Below, piece by piece: positions 8,741-17,861 of a stretch of 62,883 nt of DNA (position 1 is its first letter; each line of letters begins with the position of its first letter). The position numbers and the translations under genes were made by a program. Under the pieces are notes generated by a model that worked only from the letters and a program-made list of their open reading frames with translations, did no database searches and had not been told where the DNA came from. The stretch comes from Planctomycetota bacterium (GTDB lineage Bacteria > Planctomycetota > Phycisphaerae > Phycisphaerales > UBA1924): NCBI GenBank assembly GCA_039822905.1, contig JBCBMF010000001.1:1-62883 (forward strand). The letters run 5' to 3'.

Positions 8741-9179
8741 CCTTGTCCCACCGCCGAACGACCTTCCCGTCGCCGTCGATCAGGTACGTCGTCCGCTGGA
8801 TGCCCATGTAGGTCTTGCCGTACATCGATTTCTCGACCCACACGCCGTACTTCTGCGCGATCGCCGGGTCCGGCTTGCCGTCGCCATCCTCCCGGTCGTC
8901 GGCGAGCAGCGGGTAGGTCAGGGACTCTTTCTCAGCGAACTTCTTCTTGCTCTTGGTGCCCATGATGCTGATGCCGAAGACCTGGGCCTCCATCTTGCCG
9001 AACTTCGGGAGCAGATCCCGGAACTGGCAGGCCTCGCTCGTGCAGCCGCTGGTCAGGTCCTTGGGGTAGAAGAACAGCACCACGGGTCGGCCGGCGTAGT
9101 CGCTGAGCTTGTGCTTCGTGCCGTCCTGGTCGGCGAGCGTGAACGCGGGGGCCTTCTTTCCGGGCTCGATCAGCGGCAT
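8685..9179 (-). CDS. bcp: thioredoxin-dependent thiol peroxidase (peroxiredoxin Bcp/PrxQ)
   Basis: GKKAPAFTLADQDG...VVLFFYPKDLTSGCTSEACQFRD is the classic Bcp active-site context. Confidence 0.92.
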   Translation of the reverse strand: MPLIEPGKKAPAFTLADQDGTKHKLSDYAGRPVVLFFYPKDLTSGCTSEACQFRDLLPKFGKMEAQVFGISIMGTKSKKKFAEKESLTYPLLADDREDGDGKPDPAIAQKYGVWVEKSMYGKTYMGIQRTTYLIDGDGKVVRRWDKVKVPGHAEEVLAAVKEMG

Positions 9180-9232
9180 GGCGGTCTCCTGGTGGATAGG
9201 TCGCGGCTTCGGGCCGATACACTCGACACCCT

Positions 9233-9862
9233 ATGTCCGAGAACCAGCCCCAACCCGATTCACAGACCGATGCGCCCGCCGCAGCACCAGCCGAAGCGCA
9301 GACGCCGGCCTCGCCCGCGCAGATCAAGGCGATGCTCGAAGACCTGCCCGAGGTCAAGACGCCCCACGACGCCGCCGAGTGCGTGAAGCGCGCCCGCCGC
9401 CTCAGCACCCGCGGCAAGCTGCCGGGCTTCGTCGACAACTCCAAAGCCGGCCCAGGCCTGTTCACCTGCGCCGCCTTCGGTGCACCGTTCGACTACCGCC
9501 TGGTCATCGACCACTGGAACATCGGCGAGTTCAACGCCATCACCTTCCGGGCCGAGCGGCTCAAGAAGCTGCCCACGATCTTCGCGATCGTCCTCGCGAT
9601 CACCGTCTGGCCGGGCGTCGTGTTCACCGACTCGCTGCTCAACACCTGGTTCGGCTGGTACCCAAACCCCTGGTGGTTCACATGGGCGTGGTACATCCCG
9701 CTGACACTGATCCCGATCCCGTGGATCTGGCGCTCGGTTACAAGCAAGAGCCGCGCCTCGGCCCTGCTGCACGGCCACGAGCAGATCGACAAGATCATCG
9801 CCGCCATCGACGGCGAGATCATGGAGAAGGACGAACCCGCGGTCGACGCGACACCCTCTTGA
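9233..9862 (+). CDS. hypothetical membrane protein
   Basis: 209 aa. Low-complexity Ala/Pro N-terminus. Two Trp-rich TM helices (LPTIFAIVLAITVWPGVVF, WWFTWAWYIPLTLIPIPWIW). No family recognised. Confidence 0.6.
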   Translation: MSENQPQPDSQTDAPAAAPAEAQTPASPAQIKAMLEDLPEVKTPHDAAECVKRARRLSTRGKLPGFVDNSKAGPGLFTCAAFGAPFDYRLVIDHWNIGEFNAITFRAERLKKLPTIFAIVLAITVWPGVVFTDSLLNTWFGWYPNPWWFTWAWYIPLTLIPIPWIWRSVTSKSRASALLHGHEQIDKIIAAIDGEIMEKDEPAVDATPS

Positions 9863-9940
9863 TGAGGCCGAAGCGCAAGCGAGGCATGCTTTGTCACGAT
9901 GCTGGCGACCGAAATGCCTCGCTTGCGCTTCGGCCTCATC
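9861..9940. repeat. perfect 27-bp inverted repeat with a 26-nt loop between convergent genes (putative bidirectional terminator or REP-like element)
   Basis: GATGAGGCCGAAGCGCAAGCGAGGCAT (9861-9887) is the exact reverse complement of 9914-9940. The left arm starts inside the stop codon of the 9233 gene. No flanking T-tract. Confidence 0.6.
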
Positions 9941-9974
9941 AAAGACAAGCGACCGTGTTCCCGAGGGCTACGGC

Positions 9975-12107
9975 CTACTCGACGTCCTTGCCCTCGACCA
10001 CATCGGTGATCGGCGGCGCCTCGTGCGCGTCATCGCCGCCGTCCTTGATCTTGCGGAAGTAGCCGTGGTACGCGCCCATGGCCTTCGCGCCGAAGATCCA
10101 CATGATCGGGATGTTGGCCACGAGCATGACGCCGAGACCGAGCGTCGTCCACATGTCGAGCTCGGAGTCGGTGCCGATGATCGCCCGATCGCCGTCGGGC
10201 CCGAACATCGGCATCGCCAGGATGCACGTCAGCAGGATCAGAAGCGAGTAGATGACCTTGTACAGGAACACCGCAGGCTTCGCGGACTTCTCGCCGTGCG
10301 TGCCGAAGAAGTAATACACGCCCTGCTCGCCGTAGTAGCTCCACGAGATCATCGTTGACAGAGCAAACAGCCACGCGGCGACCGTCACGAGATACATGCC
10401 GAGACCGGGCGTGACCCGGTCGAACGCGTACGCGGTCATCGAAGCGCCCGCGTAGTCGCCGAAGAGCCCGACATCGAGGGTGCCGTCGTCACGCTGGCGG
10501 AAGCGTGGCTCCAAAGAAGACTCGAAGCTGCTCCAATTGGCAATCCACTGACCCGCCTCGTTTCGGCTCACGGTGCCGGTGACCTTTCGGAGTTCACGAC
10601 CCGTATTTTCGTCAGTATCGGCTGCCACGATCATGAAGATCGTCTCGCCGTCGCGCCATCCCGCGGCGAGTTCCTCCGACCGCCGGATCTCGCGAGCCTC
10701 GGCGGACATCGGCGGCAGCGGTGAGGACTCCATGGCCCATGCCGCAGTATCGCCTGGGAACAACGCGGAACGCACCCGGAGCACAGTCACGCCCTCATCC
10801 ACCTCCACAGCTTCGAACGAGACACTGGCAGCGCTGCCATCAACAGCGACGTTGCCCCCGACGCTCTTCTCAAGGCCGTTCGAAAGCGAAACCATGACAT
10901 GCACACTCTCGACGTCACTCAATGGCTGGCCCTCGCCCGCGGCGAGACCAGAAAGTGGTCCAACAACGAGGTCGCCTGAATCGTTAACGCTGGCGACCGG
11001 TGCACTCTCAAGAGCAACGATCGCGGTCTTCGCATAGCTCAGCTGAACCATCCCAGGCTCGCCAAAGCTCGCCTCCGCGTCGCGGTTGTACGCGCCACTC
11101 GACATGATCACGAGCGCCGTCAGCGTGCAGACCACGATCGTATCGATGAAGGGCTCAAGCCCCGCGACAACACCCTCGCGCACAGGCTCGTCGGTCTTCG
11201 CGGCCGAGTGAGCGATCGGCGACGATCCCTGACCTGCCTCGCTCGAGAACAGTGCCCGCTTCACGCCCCACATTGCGGCGTACGCGAACGTGCCGCCGAG
11301 GAACGCACCCGTGGGCTCGGCCGACTCGCCGCCGAGGAACGGCGGCAGGCCGCTCTTGACGATCAGCCCCAGCATCGCCGGGATCTCACCAAAGTTCACG
11401 ATCAGCACATAGCCGGCGGCCAGCACATAGATCACGCACATGAAAGGCACGATCCGGCCGGCGACAGCACCGATCCGCTTGATGCCACCGATGATCACAA
11501 GACCCACAACAACGGTCAGCACGATGCCGGTCGCAACCTGCGGGATGCCGAAGTACGTGTTCGTCACATCGGCCACGTTCCACGCCTGGAACATGTTGCC
11601 ACCCGTGATCGCCGAGATAATCAGCGTGACAACGAAGACGCCGCCGATGAGCGAGCCCAGCGGCCCGAGCCCCCACTCCTTGAAGCCCTTCTTGACAACG
11701 AACATCGGGCCGCCGTGCGGGTTCTCCGGGTCGTCGGTGTTGCGGTAGAGCATCGACTGCGTGACCTCGGTCATCTTGATGGCCATGCCGAGGAAGCCGA
11801 TGACCCACATCCAGAAGATCGCGCCCGGGCCGCCAAGCGCAACGGCGATCGCGACACCCGCGATGTTGCCAAGCCCAACCGTCGCCGAGAGCGCCGCGGA
11901 GAGCGCCTGGAAGTGATTGATCGCACCCGGGTCGTGCGAGTCGTCGTACTTGCCCCGCACGACCGACACACCGTGGGTCAGCGCCCGGAACTGGCCGAAG
12001 CCGGTCCAGAGCGTGAACGCGAGCCCCGTGAACAGCAGCGCGTACACGGTGTAGTCTGAGAACAGGAACCCGTTGATGGTCCCGATGATGTCGTTGACAG
12101 AGTCCAT
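9975..12107 (-). CDS. alanine/glycine:cation (sodium) symporter, AGCS family, with a large internal insertion
   Basis: N-terminus FRALTHGVSVVRGKYDD...GAINHFQALSAALSATVGLGNIAGVAIAVALGGPGAIFWMW is the AGCS signature. The C-terminal core is STMISWSYYGEQ. About 215 non-hydrophobic residues (aa 341-555) are inserted between them. Confidence 0.9.
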   Translation of the reverse strand: MDSVNDIIGTINGFLFSDYTVYALLFTGLAFTLWTGFGQFRALTHGVSVVRGKYDDSHDPGAINHFQALSAALSATVGLGNIAGVAIAVALGGPGAIFWMWVIGFLGMAIKMTEVTQSMLYRNTDDPENPHGGPMFVVKKGFKEWGLGPLGSLIGGVFVVTLIISAITGGNMFQAWNVADVTNTYFGIPQVATGIVLTVVVGLVIIGGIKRIGAVAGRIVPFMCVIYVLAAGYVLIVNFGEIPAMLGLIVKSGLPPFLGGESAEPTGAFLGGTFAYAAMWGVKRALFSSEAGQGSSPIAHSAAKTDEPVREGVVAGLEPFIDTIVVCTLTALVIMSSGAYNRDAEASFGEPGMVQLSYAKTAIVALESAPVASVNDSGDLVVGPLSGLAAGEGQPLSDVESVHVMVSLSNGLEKSVGGNVAVDGSAASVSFEAVEVDEGVTVLRVRSALFPGDTAAWAMESSPLPPMSAEAREIRRSEELAAGWRDGETIFMIVAADTDENTGRELRKVTGTVSRNEAGQWIANWSSFESSLEPRFRQRDDGTLDVGLFGDYAGASMTAYAFDRVTPGLGMYLVTVAAWLFALSTMISWSYYGEQGVYYFFGTHGEKSAKPAVFLYKVIYSLLILLTCILAMPMFGPDGDRAIIGTDSELDMWTTLGLGVMLVANIPIMWIFGAKAMGAYHGYFRKIKDGGDDAHEAPPITDVVEGKDVE

Positions 12108-12241
12108 AGCGCAGCGGTCCCCGTGATCTGCTCATTCGATGCGGCACGGGCCACGCCCGCCGCGGTGCTGGAATCGGTCATCATGACCGATCTATCCCAA
12201 TCCTGCAACGCTGCACAGTACCGATCCCGTAGGCTGCACGC

Positions 12242-12946
12242 GTGTGGTCCCTCGATGAACTCGCCGATACCGCCGCCGCCGGCATCGCCGACGCCAACCT
12301 CGCGCTGCGCGACGAGGACGCGGTGCGGGGACTCGACCACCTCGACGAGGTCGACATCCACACGGTGCTCGAAGCCGCCTTCCTCCATGCCGACCTCGAC
12401 GTCCTCCGTGAGCACCCGTTCCCGACGCCACCCAAACGAAGACCAAAGGCCAGCGAGCGCGAGCGCTGCGATCTTGTTCTGCTGCCAGAGCCCGACCTGA
12501 CACTCGCCGACCCCGAGACGGAACTCGCCGAGCGCGAAGACGCGGAGGCCACACTCTTTGCCCCGGCAGCCGATCAGCTCGTCACCCCCGCCGACCTCGA
12601 CCCGGCCGACGCCTTCTGGCTTGAGATCAAAGCCACGGGCCAGTTCGTCGCCCGCGATGACGTCCCCCAGTCCAACCGCCGCTACACCACCGAACTCATC
12701 CGCGCGCCGGCCGCCGATATCCGCAAGCTTGCAAGAGAGCCGCTCGCCGAGCAGGCTGCGGTCGCCATCGTTCTCTTCGCCGCCGACGAACCCACGGCCA
12801 GGCACGACCTGGGCGTCGCCGTCCACCGCTGGCTCGACGATGACCTGCCAGTCCGATCGCCGGCGATCCGCGTCACACCCATCGATGAGCGCATCGGCAA
12901 CACAGTCGCCGCCGTGTGCCTGGTCCCGATCAGGCCGACGCTCTAG
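12242..12946 (+). CDS. hypothetical protein, possible PD-(D/E)xK nuclease fold
   Basis: GTG start, 234 aa. Spacing of ...ERCDLVLLPEP... then ...FWLEIKATG resembles a D-x(n)-E-x-K nuclease core. No other recognisable domain. Confidence 0.55.
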   Translation: MWSLDELADTAAAGIADANLALRDEDAVRGLDHLDEVDIHTVLEAAFLHADLDVLREHPFPTPPKRRPKASERERCDLVLLPEPDLTLADPETELAEREDAEATLFAPAADQLVTPADLDPADAFWLEIKATGQFVARDDVPQSNRRYTTELIRAPAADIRKLAREPLAEQAAVAIVLFAADEPTARHDLGVAVHRWLDDDLPVRSPAIRVTPIDERIGNTVAAVCLVPIRPTL

Positions 12947-14169
12947 CGCTCAGCCGCGATCCGGCTCGGCAGCAGCCCCGCGAGCTGCATCACCGCCTCA
13001 GCAGCAGACTCCGCCGCGTGCTTGCCCTCGAACGCGCCCGCGACCTTCCGCAGCTCCGACCGCTGCCGATCCAGCAGCGACTCGTCCTCGATCAGCCGGC
13101 TCGCCATCTGCACGATCGGCTCGGCATCACCGAAGTGCGGCACAAACTCCGGCACGATCTCACGCCCCGCGATCAGGTTCGGAAGCGTGAAGAACGGCGT
13201 CGACACAATCCACCGCCCGACGAGGTGATAAAACGCCGGGCTGCTCTTGTACACGATCACCATGGGCTTGTTCTGCCGAGCGATCTGCAGCGTTACCGTG
13301 CCGCTCACAACCAGCGCAAGGTCGCACCACGCGATGACCGCGTCCGTCTCGCCCGAAACAATCTCAAGCCCATCCGGCCAGCCGCCCAGCCGCGCCGCAT
13401 CCGCGCGAAGCCGATCAGCAACTTCCGGCGTGGTCGCCGCCACAACGCCCGACGCCCCCCGGTAGTCGTTCTTCAACCGGCGGAAGCTCTCAAGCAGAAT
13501 CGGAAAGTTCTTCGTCAGCTCCGCCGGCCTCGAACCAGGCAGGAGCGCAAGCCGCGGCGCACCCTGCGGCAGCTCAGACGCCCGCCGCTCGATTACCCCC
13601 ATCTCTAGCGCATCATCAAACAGCGGGTGCCCGATGAACCGCGCCCGCACACGCCGCCCCTCGAACCACGCCTGCTCGAACGGCAGCACGCACAACACAA
13701 GATCGCTCAGCCTCCGGAGCTTCTTCACCCGCCAGCTGCCCCACGCCCAGACCTGCGGCGCGACCATGTGCATCACCCGCGCCCGATGCTTCTTCGCGAT
13801 CTTGCAGATCGGGAAGTTCGCCGCCGGCGAGTCCACCGGCACGTGCACACCCACCTCAGGGTGTTCGCCGAGCCACGCATCGATCCGCTTGTTGATCTGC
13901 TGATGTTCACGGATCTTCGACCAGCCCGGCAGGCCCATCACCGCGTTCTGCCCGGTGCGTTCGACCACCTCAGCCCCGGCGGCCTCCATCCTCGGGCCGC
14001 CCCACGCGTAGATCTTTGCAGAAGGCCGACGCCGCTTGATCCGCTCAATAACAGCCGCCGCGTGATCATCGCCGCTGGGCTCAAACGACGTAAACAAAAC
14101 CGCCTTCGCCCCAGAACCATCGACGGACTCGGGTTGCGGTTGGCTCGGTTGCACGGGGAGTGCGGTCAT
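12943..14169 (-). CDS. lpxB: lipid-A-disaccharide synthase
   Basis: VLFTSFEPSGDDHAAAVI...IYAWGGPRMEAAGAEVV...MGLPGWSKI...PVDSPAANFPICKIAKKH...YMVAPQVWAWGSWR is collinear with LpxB. The longest ORF starts at TTG 14205. The first ATG is at 14169. Confidence 0.9.
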   Translation of the reverse strand: MTALPVQPSQPQPESVDGSGAKAVLFTSFEPSGDDHAAAVIERIKRRRPSAKIYAWGGPRMEAAGAEVVERTGQNAVMGLPGWSKIREHQQINKRIDAWLGEHPEVGVHVPVDSPAANFPICKIAKKHRARVMHMVAPQVWAWGSWRVKKLRRLSDLVLCVLPFEQAWFEGRRVRARFIGHPLFDDALEMGVIERRASELPQGAPRLALLPGSRPAELTKNFPILLESFRRLKNDYRGASGVVAATTPEVADRLRADAARLGGWPDGLEIVSGETDAVIAWCDLALVVSGTVTLQIARQNKPMVIVYKSSPAFYHLVGRWIVSTPFFTLPNLIAGREIVPEFVPHFGDAEPIVQMASRLIEDESLLDRQRSELRKVAGAFEGKHAAESAAEAVMQLAGLLPSRIAAER

Positions 14170-14257
14170 GCCGGGGACGAAAGCCGAAGCCCGCGGGCAA
14201 GTCAACTTCCCGCGTGAAGTTGGGCGGCCAAGACCACGCCAACCAACAGCCCGCCCG

Positions 14258-14884
14258 TCAGAAGCCCGCCGAGCGCAGCCACTCGCTGGGCGTGGTCCGC
14301 AGCGCCGTCGCGATCGAAACCAAGGACTCGAGGCTCGGAAGGTGCGTTCCCCGCTCGATCGAGCTCAGCTGGCTCACACTCACACTCGAAGCCTCGCTGA
14401 GGTCCTTCAGCGTCCAGCCGAGATCGGTTCGCGCCAGCCGGATCCGACGCCCGAGCTCCGCCCGCAGCCGGTCCTGGGGCCGACGCCCGAGACCGAACTC
14501 CGCCGAAGCCTGCGCAAGCACCCGCTCCAAGTCCGCCGCCGAGAACGGCTTCGCCAGGTAATCGAACGCGTCCTGCTTGAACGTCTCCCGCATCGTGTCC
14601 ATCGACGGGTGGCCCGTGATCACGACCACGCAGAGCCTGGGCCACCGCTCGCGCAGCACCGCGAGCACCTCCGAGCCGGAGACGCGCCCCATGTTCATGT
14701 CGAGCAGAACCACGTCCGGCAGCTCGGCCTGACACGTGGTGATGAGCTCGTCCGATGTCAGGCACGGCGCCGCGGAATGCCCCTGGCTGGTCAGCACACC
14801 GCCGATGAACTCGACAAAGTCGGCGTCATCGTCGAGCACCGCCACTCGCAGCGGGCCCGGACCGGCATCAGTCACCTCGACCAT
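14258..14884 (-). CDS. response regulator: receiver domain fused to an XRE-type helix-turn-helix
   Basis: REC motifs VAVLDDD, VVLLDMNMG and YLAKPF. The C-terminus LGRRIRLARTDLGWTLKDLSEASSVSVSQLSSIERG is a Cro/C1 (HTH_XRE) motif. The ATG at 14884 overlaps the kinase stop by 17 nt. Confidence 0.85.
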   Translation of the reverse strand: MVEVTDAGPGPLRVAVLDDDADFVEFIGGVLTSQGHSAAPCLTSDELITTCQAELPDVVLLDMNMGRVSGSEVLAVLRERWPRLCVVVITGHPSMDTMRETFKQDAFDYLAKPFSAADLERVLAQASAEFGLGRRPQDRLRAELGRRIRLARTDLGWTLKDLSEASSVSVSQLSSIERGTHLPSLESLVSIATALRTTPSEWLRSAGF

Positions 14885-16343
14885 CAGTCGTCTCCACGTC
14901 TGGCACCTCGCCTGAGAGCCTACCAGATGCCTCCGCGGGAAGCACGACCTCAAACACAGCCCCCCGCTGGTCGCCCCGGTTCCGAGCCAGGATCACACCG
15001 CCGTGCTCCTCCACGATCCCCTGAGCCACCGCGAGACCAAGCCCCGTGCCCTTCGCGTCAAGCCTCGACGAGACAAACGGCTCGAACATGGTCTCCAGCA
15101 CCGACTGATCGATCCCGGGCCCGTCATCTGTGATCGTGACCGATAACCACTCCCGCCCCTCGCGAACAAGCCGCTCCGCATCGATCACCACGCGCCCGCC
15201 AACACCGGATGCCCGCTGCGCATCAACCGAGTTCCGTAGCAGGTTGACAAGCACCTGCACGATCCGATCGCCGTCGCAGTCCACCGAAAGCTCGGCATCA
15301 ACGCGGCTCACGATCTGCGACGCGCGCGTCTCGCGGTCGAGCCGCACCAGAGTCTCCGCTTCGCGCACGAGCGACGCCACACGAACCGACCGCTGCACCG
15401 GCGGCCGAACGCGCGCAAAGTCCAGCAGGCTCTCACCAAGCTGCTCTAGCCGCACTACTACCCGCTTGAGCAGCCTCGCCTCTTCAGCCGCGAGCGCGTG
15501 GCCCGGATCCGCTTCAAGCTTCTCGGCGAGCCCCTTCACCACCGTCAGCGGCGTGTTGAGCTCGTGCGCGATCCCCGCCGACATCATGCCCAGACTCGCC
15601 AGCCGGTCCGCGTCGGCAAGGTTCCGCCGCGCCGCCTCAAGCAAGTGGTTCTTGCGCTTCAGATCCGTCGCCACCCCCTCGAACCGCTGAAGCGCCTCCG
15701 CGAGATCGATCTCCTGCCGACGCAGCGTCCGCACAGACTCGTTCCGCGAACGCATGATCTCGCCGAGTTCGTCCGCCGGGATGTACCGCTCGTCGATGAT
15801 CTCTCGGCGGCTGTCGCCCGTCTGCAACGCGTGCTCGGCATCGAGAATCCGGCGGATCGGACCGTACACATTCTGGGGCAGCACGAACACCTCGAGCGCG
15901 ATCGCGATCAACGCGTATACCCCAAGCACCGCGAGCACCACGAACACGTACAGCTCCACCACCGCCCGCCGCGCATCGGTAATGCGAACCGACGACACCT
16001 CGAACACCGCTGGCTCGCCCTCGGCAATCGGCGCGGCAAGACGGACCGCCCGTGACACGGTGTCGCGGACGCCTCCCTTCACGGGCCGGCCCGCGGCTTC
16101 GACCGCCCGATCCACGGCATCTGCGGCAAGCCCAAGTTCGTCGGCCGTCCCGCGCGACAGCTGCACCCCCGGGTCCCGGGGCAGCGTGCCCGGCTCGGTC
16201 AGCCGCAGCGCCATCATCGCCTCATCCATCTCCGCGCTCGTCACGACCTGCAGCACCGCCGGGCGCAGCGCGATGACGAGAATCACCGCAAGCGCCCCTG
16301 AGAACAGCGTGTGCAGCACCAGCAGCTTCTTGCGGATGCGCAT
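14868..16343 (-). CDS. sensor histidine kinase (two TM helices, HisKA + HATPase_c)
   Basis: The true start is MRIRKKLLVLHTLFSGALAVILVIAL at the ATG at 16343 (checked). The upstream 282 codons of the track ORF are Gly/Ala/Arg junk. H-box SAGIAHELNTPL, G-box GTGLGLAVAQGIVEEHGG. Confidence 0.88.
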   Translation of the reverse strand: MRIRKKLLVLHTLFSGALAVILVIALRPAVLQVVTSAEMDEAMMALRLTEPGTLPRDPGVQLSRGTADELGLAADAVDRAVEAAGRPVKGGVRDTVSRAVRLAAPIAEGEPAVFEVSSVRITDARRAVVELYVFVVLAVLGVYALIAIALEVFVLPQNVYGPIRRILDAEHALQTGDSRREIIDERYIPADELGEIMRSRNESVRTLRRQEIDLAEALQRFEGVATDLKRKNHLLEAARRNLADADRLASLGMMSAGIAHELNTPLTVVKGLAEKLEADPGHALAAEEARLLKRVVVRLEQLGESLLDFARVRPPVQRSVRVASLVREAETLVRLDRETRASQIVSRVDAELSVDCDGDRIVQVLVNLLRNSVDAQRASGVGGRVVIDAERLVREGREWLSVTITDDGPGIDQSVLETMFEPFVSSRLDAKGTGLGLAVAQGIVEEHGGVILARNRGDQRGAVFEVVLPAEASGRLSGEVPDVETTDGRGD

Positions 16344-16421
16344 CGTGCCCAGCACGCCGCCGGGCCTTCGCTCTCGGTTCACCGTCTCGGGCACCCGTCG
16401 CTCCCGCCCTACAGTCGCCGC

Positions 16422-17765
16422 GTGCCCGCGACGAGCAGACACCAGACCGACGATACACCGGCGACCTCCGCGCGCGATCTCGCCGCCCGCGTTCTCACTG
16501 CACAAGCCGCCAGGTTCCCCGAAATCGAAGCCGTCGAGCTCGATACATCGAAGCTCGATCCCCGCGAGGCCTCGCTCGCCCACGCCCTCTACGACGCGGC
16601 CGTCCGCCGCTGGCTCACCCTTGAATGGCTGCTCACCCGCCACCTCAGCCGACCGTTCCGGGAGCTCGAGCCAGCCATGCGCGCCGTCCTGCTCGTCGGC
16701 GCCGCGCAGCTCACCCTCTTCGACCGCATCCCCGCACACGCCGCGATCGACGAGGCCGTCGAGTGGGCCAAACGCCGCATCAGGCCCGGTGCCGCCGGCA
16801 TGGTCAACGCCGTGCTCCGCAAGGTCGCGGCCGAAGTCGCCGACCGCACCGAGAGCCCGGGCGACACGGACATCCCGCTCGATGAAAGCTCCGGCCGCGT
16901 CTTTCGCGGCGCGTGGCCGACGGACCAGCTCGAAGCCGTCGCCGCCCGCTACAGCATGCCGCCCCAGCTCATCCGCCGCTGGCGCAAACGCCTCTCGCGC
17001 AGAGAGGTCATCGACATCTGCCAGCACGGCCTCGTCCGCCCCCCCACCATTCTCAACACCCGGCACGCCACCACCCCGGTCCCCGCCGACGCAACCGCAC
17101 CCCACCGCTACGAGCACCACGCGCTCTGGACCGGCCCGCACGAGTCCCTCGCCGCCATACTCCGCAGCCGCACCGACGTCTGGGTCCAAGACCCGGCTTC
17201 ATCCGGCGCGGTCGAGAGCATCGCATCACGCCGGCCCGCCGTCATCGCCGACCTGTGCGCGGGCCAAGGAACCAAAACCCGGCAGCTCGCGGCGACGTTT
17301 CCCAATGCAAAGATCATCGCAACGGACGTCGACCGCGCACGCTTCGCTGTTCTGCGGGACACATTCAACGAGCACGACCGCGTCTCCGTCGTCCCGCCAC
17401 GGCAAGCACTCGCCGACCTCACGGGCCAAACCGATCTCGTCCTGCTCGACGTGCCATGCTCCAACACCGGCGTTCTGGGCCGACGCGTCGAGGCCCGCTA
17501 CCGCTGCACACGGGCCGCGCTCGAACGCCTCACCGACATCCAGCGCCAGCTCATCGCCGACTCGGTCCCGCTGCTGACACCAAAGGGCGCGATCCTGTAT
17601 GCAACGTGCAGCGTCGAAACGAGAGAGAACGAAGAGATCACCGCGTGGGCCGGCCAGTGGCACCGCTTCCGCCCGGACTTTGTTCGCCGAACGCTCCCCG
17701 CCGCGCCCTCGGGCCAGGCCTCTTCCGTCGACGGCTCGTTCAGCACGCTCCTCACCCGCGCCTGA
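16422..17765 (+). CDS. rsmB: 16S rRNA (cytosine-C5)-methyltransferase RsmB/Sun family
   Basis: NusB-like N-terminus (REASLAHALYDAAVRRW). AdoMet site DLCAGQGTKT. Catalytic DVPCSNTGVLGRR and ILYATCSVE. The start is uncertain. GTG 16422 avoids overlap with the divergent kinase start. Confidence 0.85.
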   Translation: MPATSRHQTDDTPATSARDLAARVLTAQAARFPEIEAVELDTSKLDPREASLAHALYDAAVRRWLTLEWLLTRHLSRPFRELEPAMRAVLLVGAAQLTLFDRIPAHAAIDEAVEWAKRRIRPGAAGMVNAVLRKVAAEVADRTESPGDTDIPLDESSGRVFRGAWPTDQLEAVAARYSMPPQLIRRWRKRLSRREVIDICQHGLVRPPTILNTRHATTPVPADATAPHRYEHHALWTGPHESLAAILRSRTDVWVQDPASSGAVESIASRRPAVIADLCAGQGTKTRQLAATFPNAKIIATDVDRARFAVLRDTFNEHDRVSVVPPRQALADLTGQTDLVLLDVPCSNTGVLGRRVEARYRCTRAALERLTDIQRQLIADSVPLLTPKGAILYATCSVETRENEEITAWAGQWHRFRPDFVRRTLPAAPSGQASSVDGSFSTLLTRA

Positions 17766-17861
17766 ACCCGCGCTTGAACCCTCGGCGCAGCCCCAGACCA
17801 GACGCCGCCCGCCACGGGTACACTCGCACAACCCGTGAAGTGAAGTGCAGTAAGGACCCAG

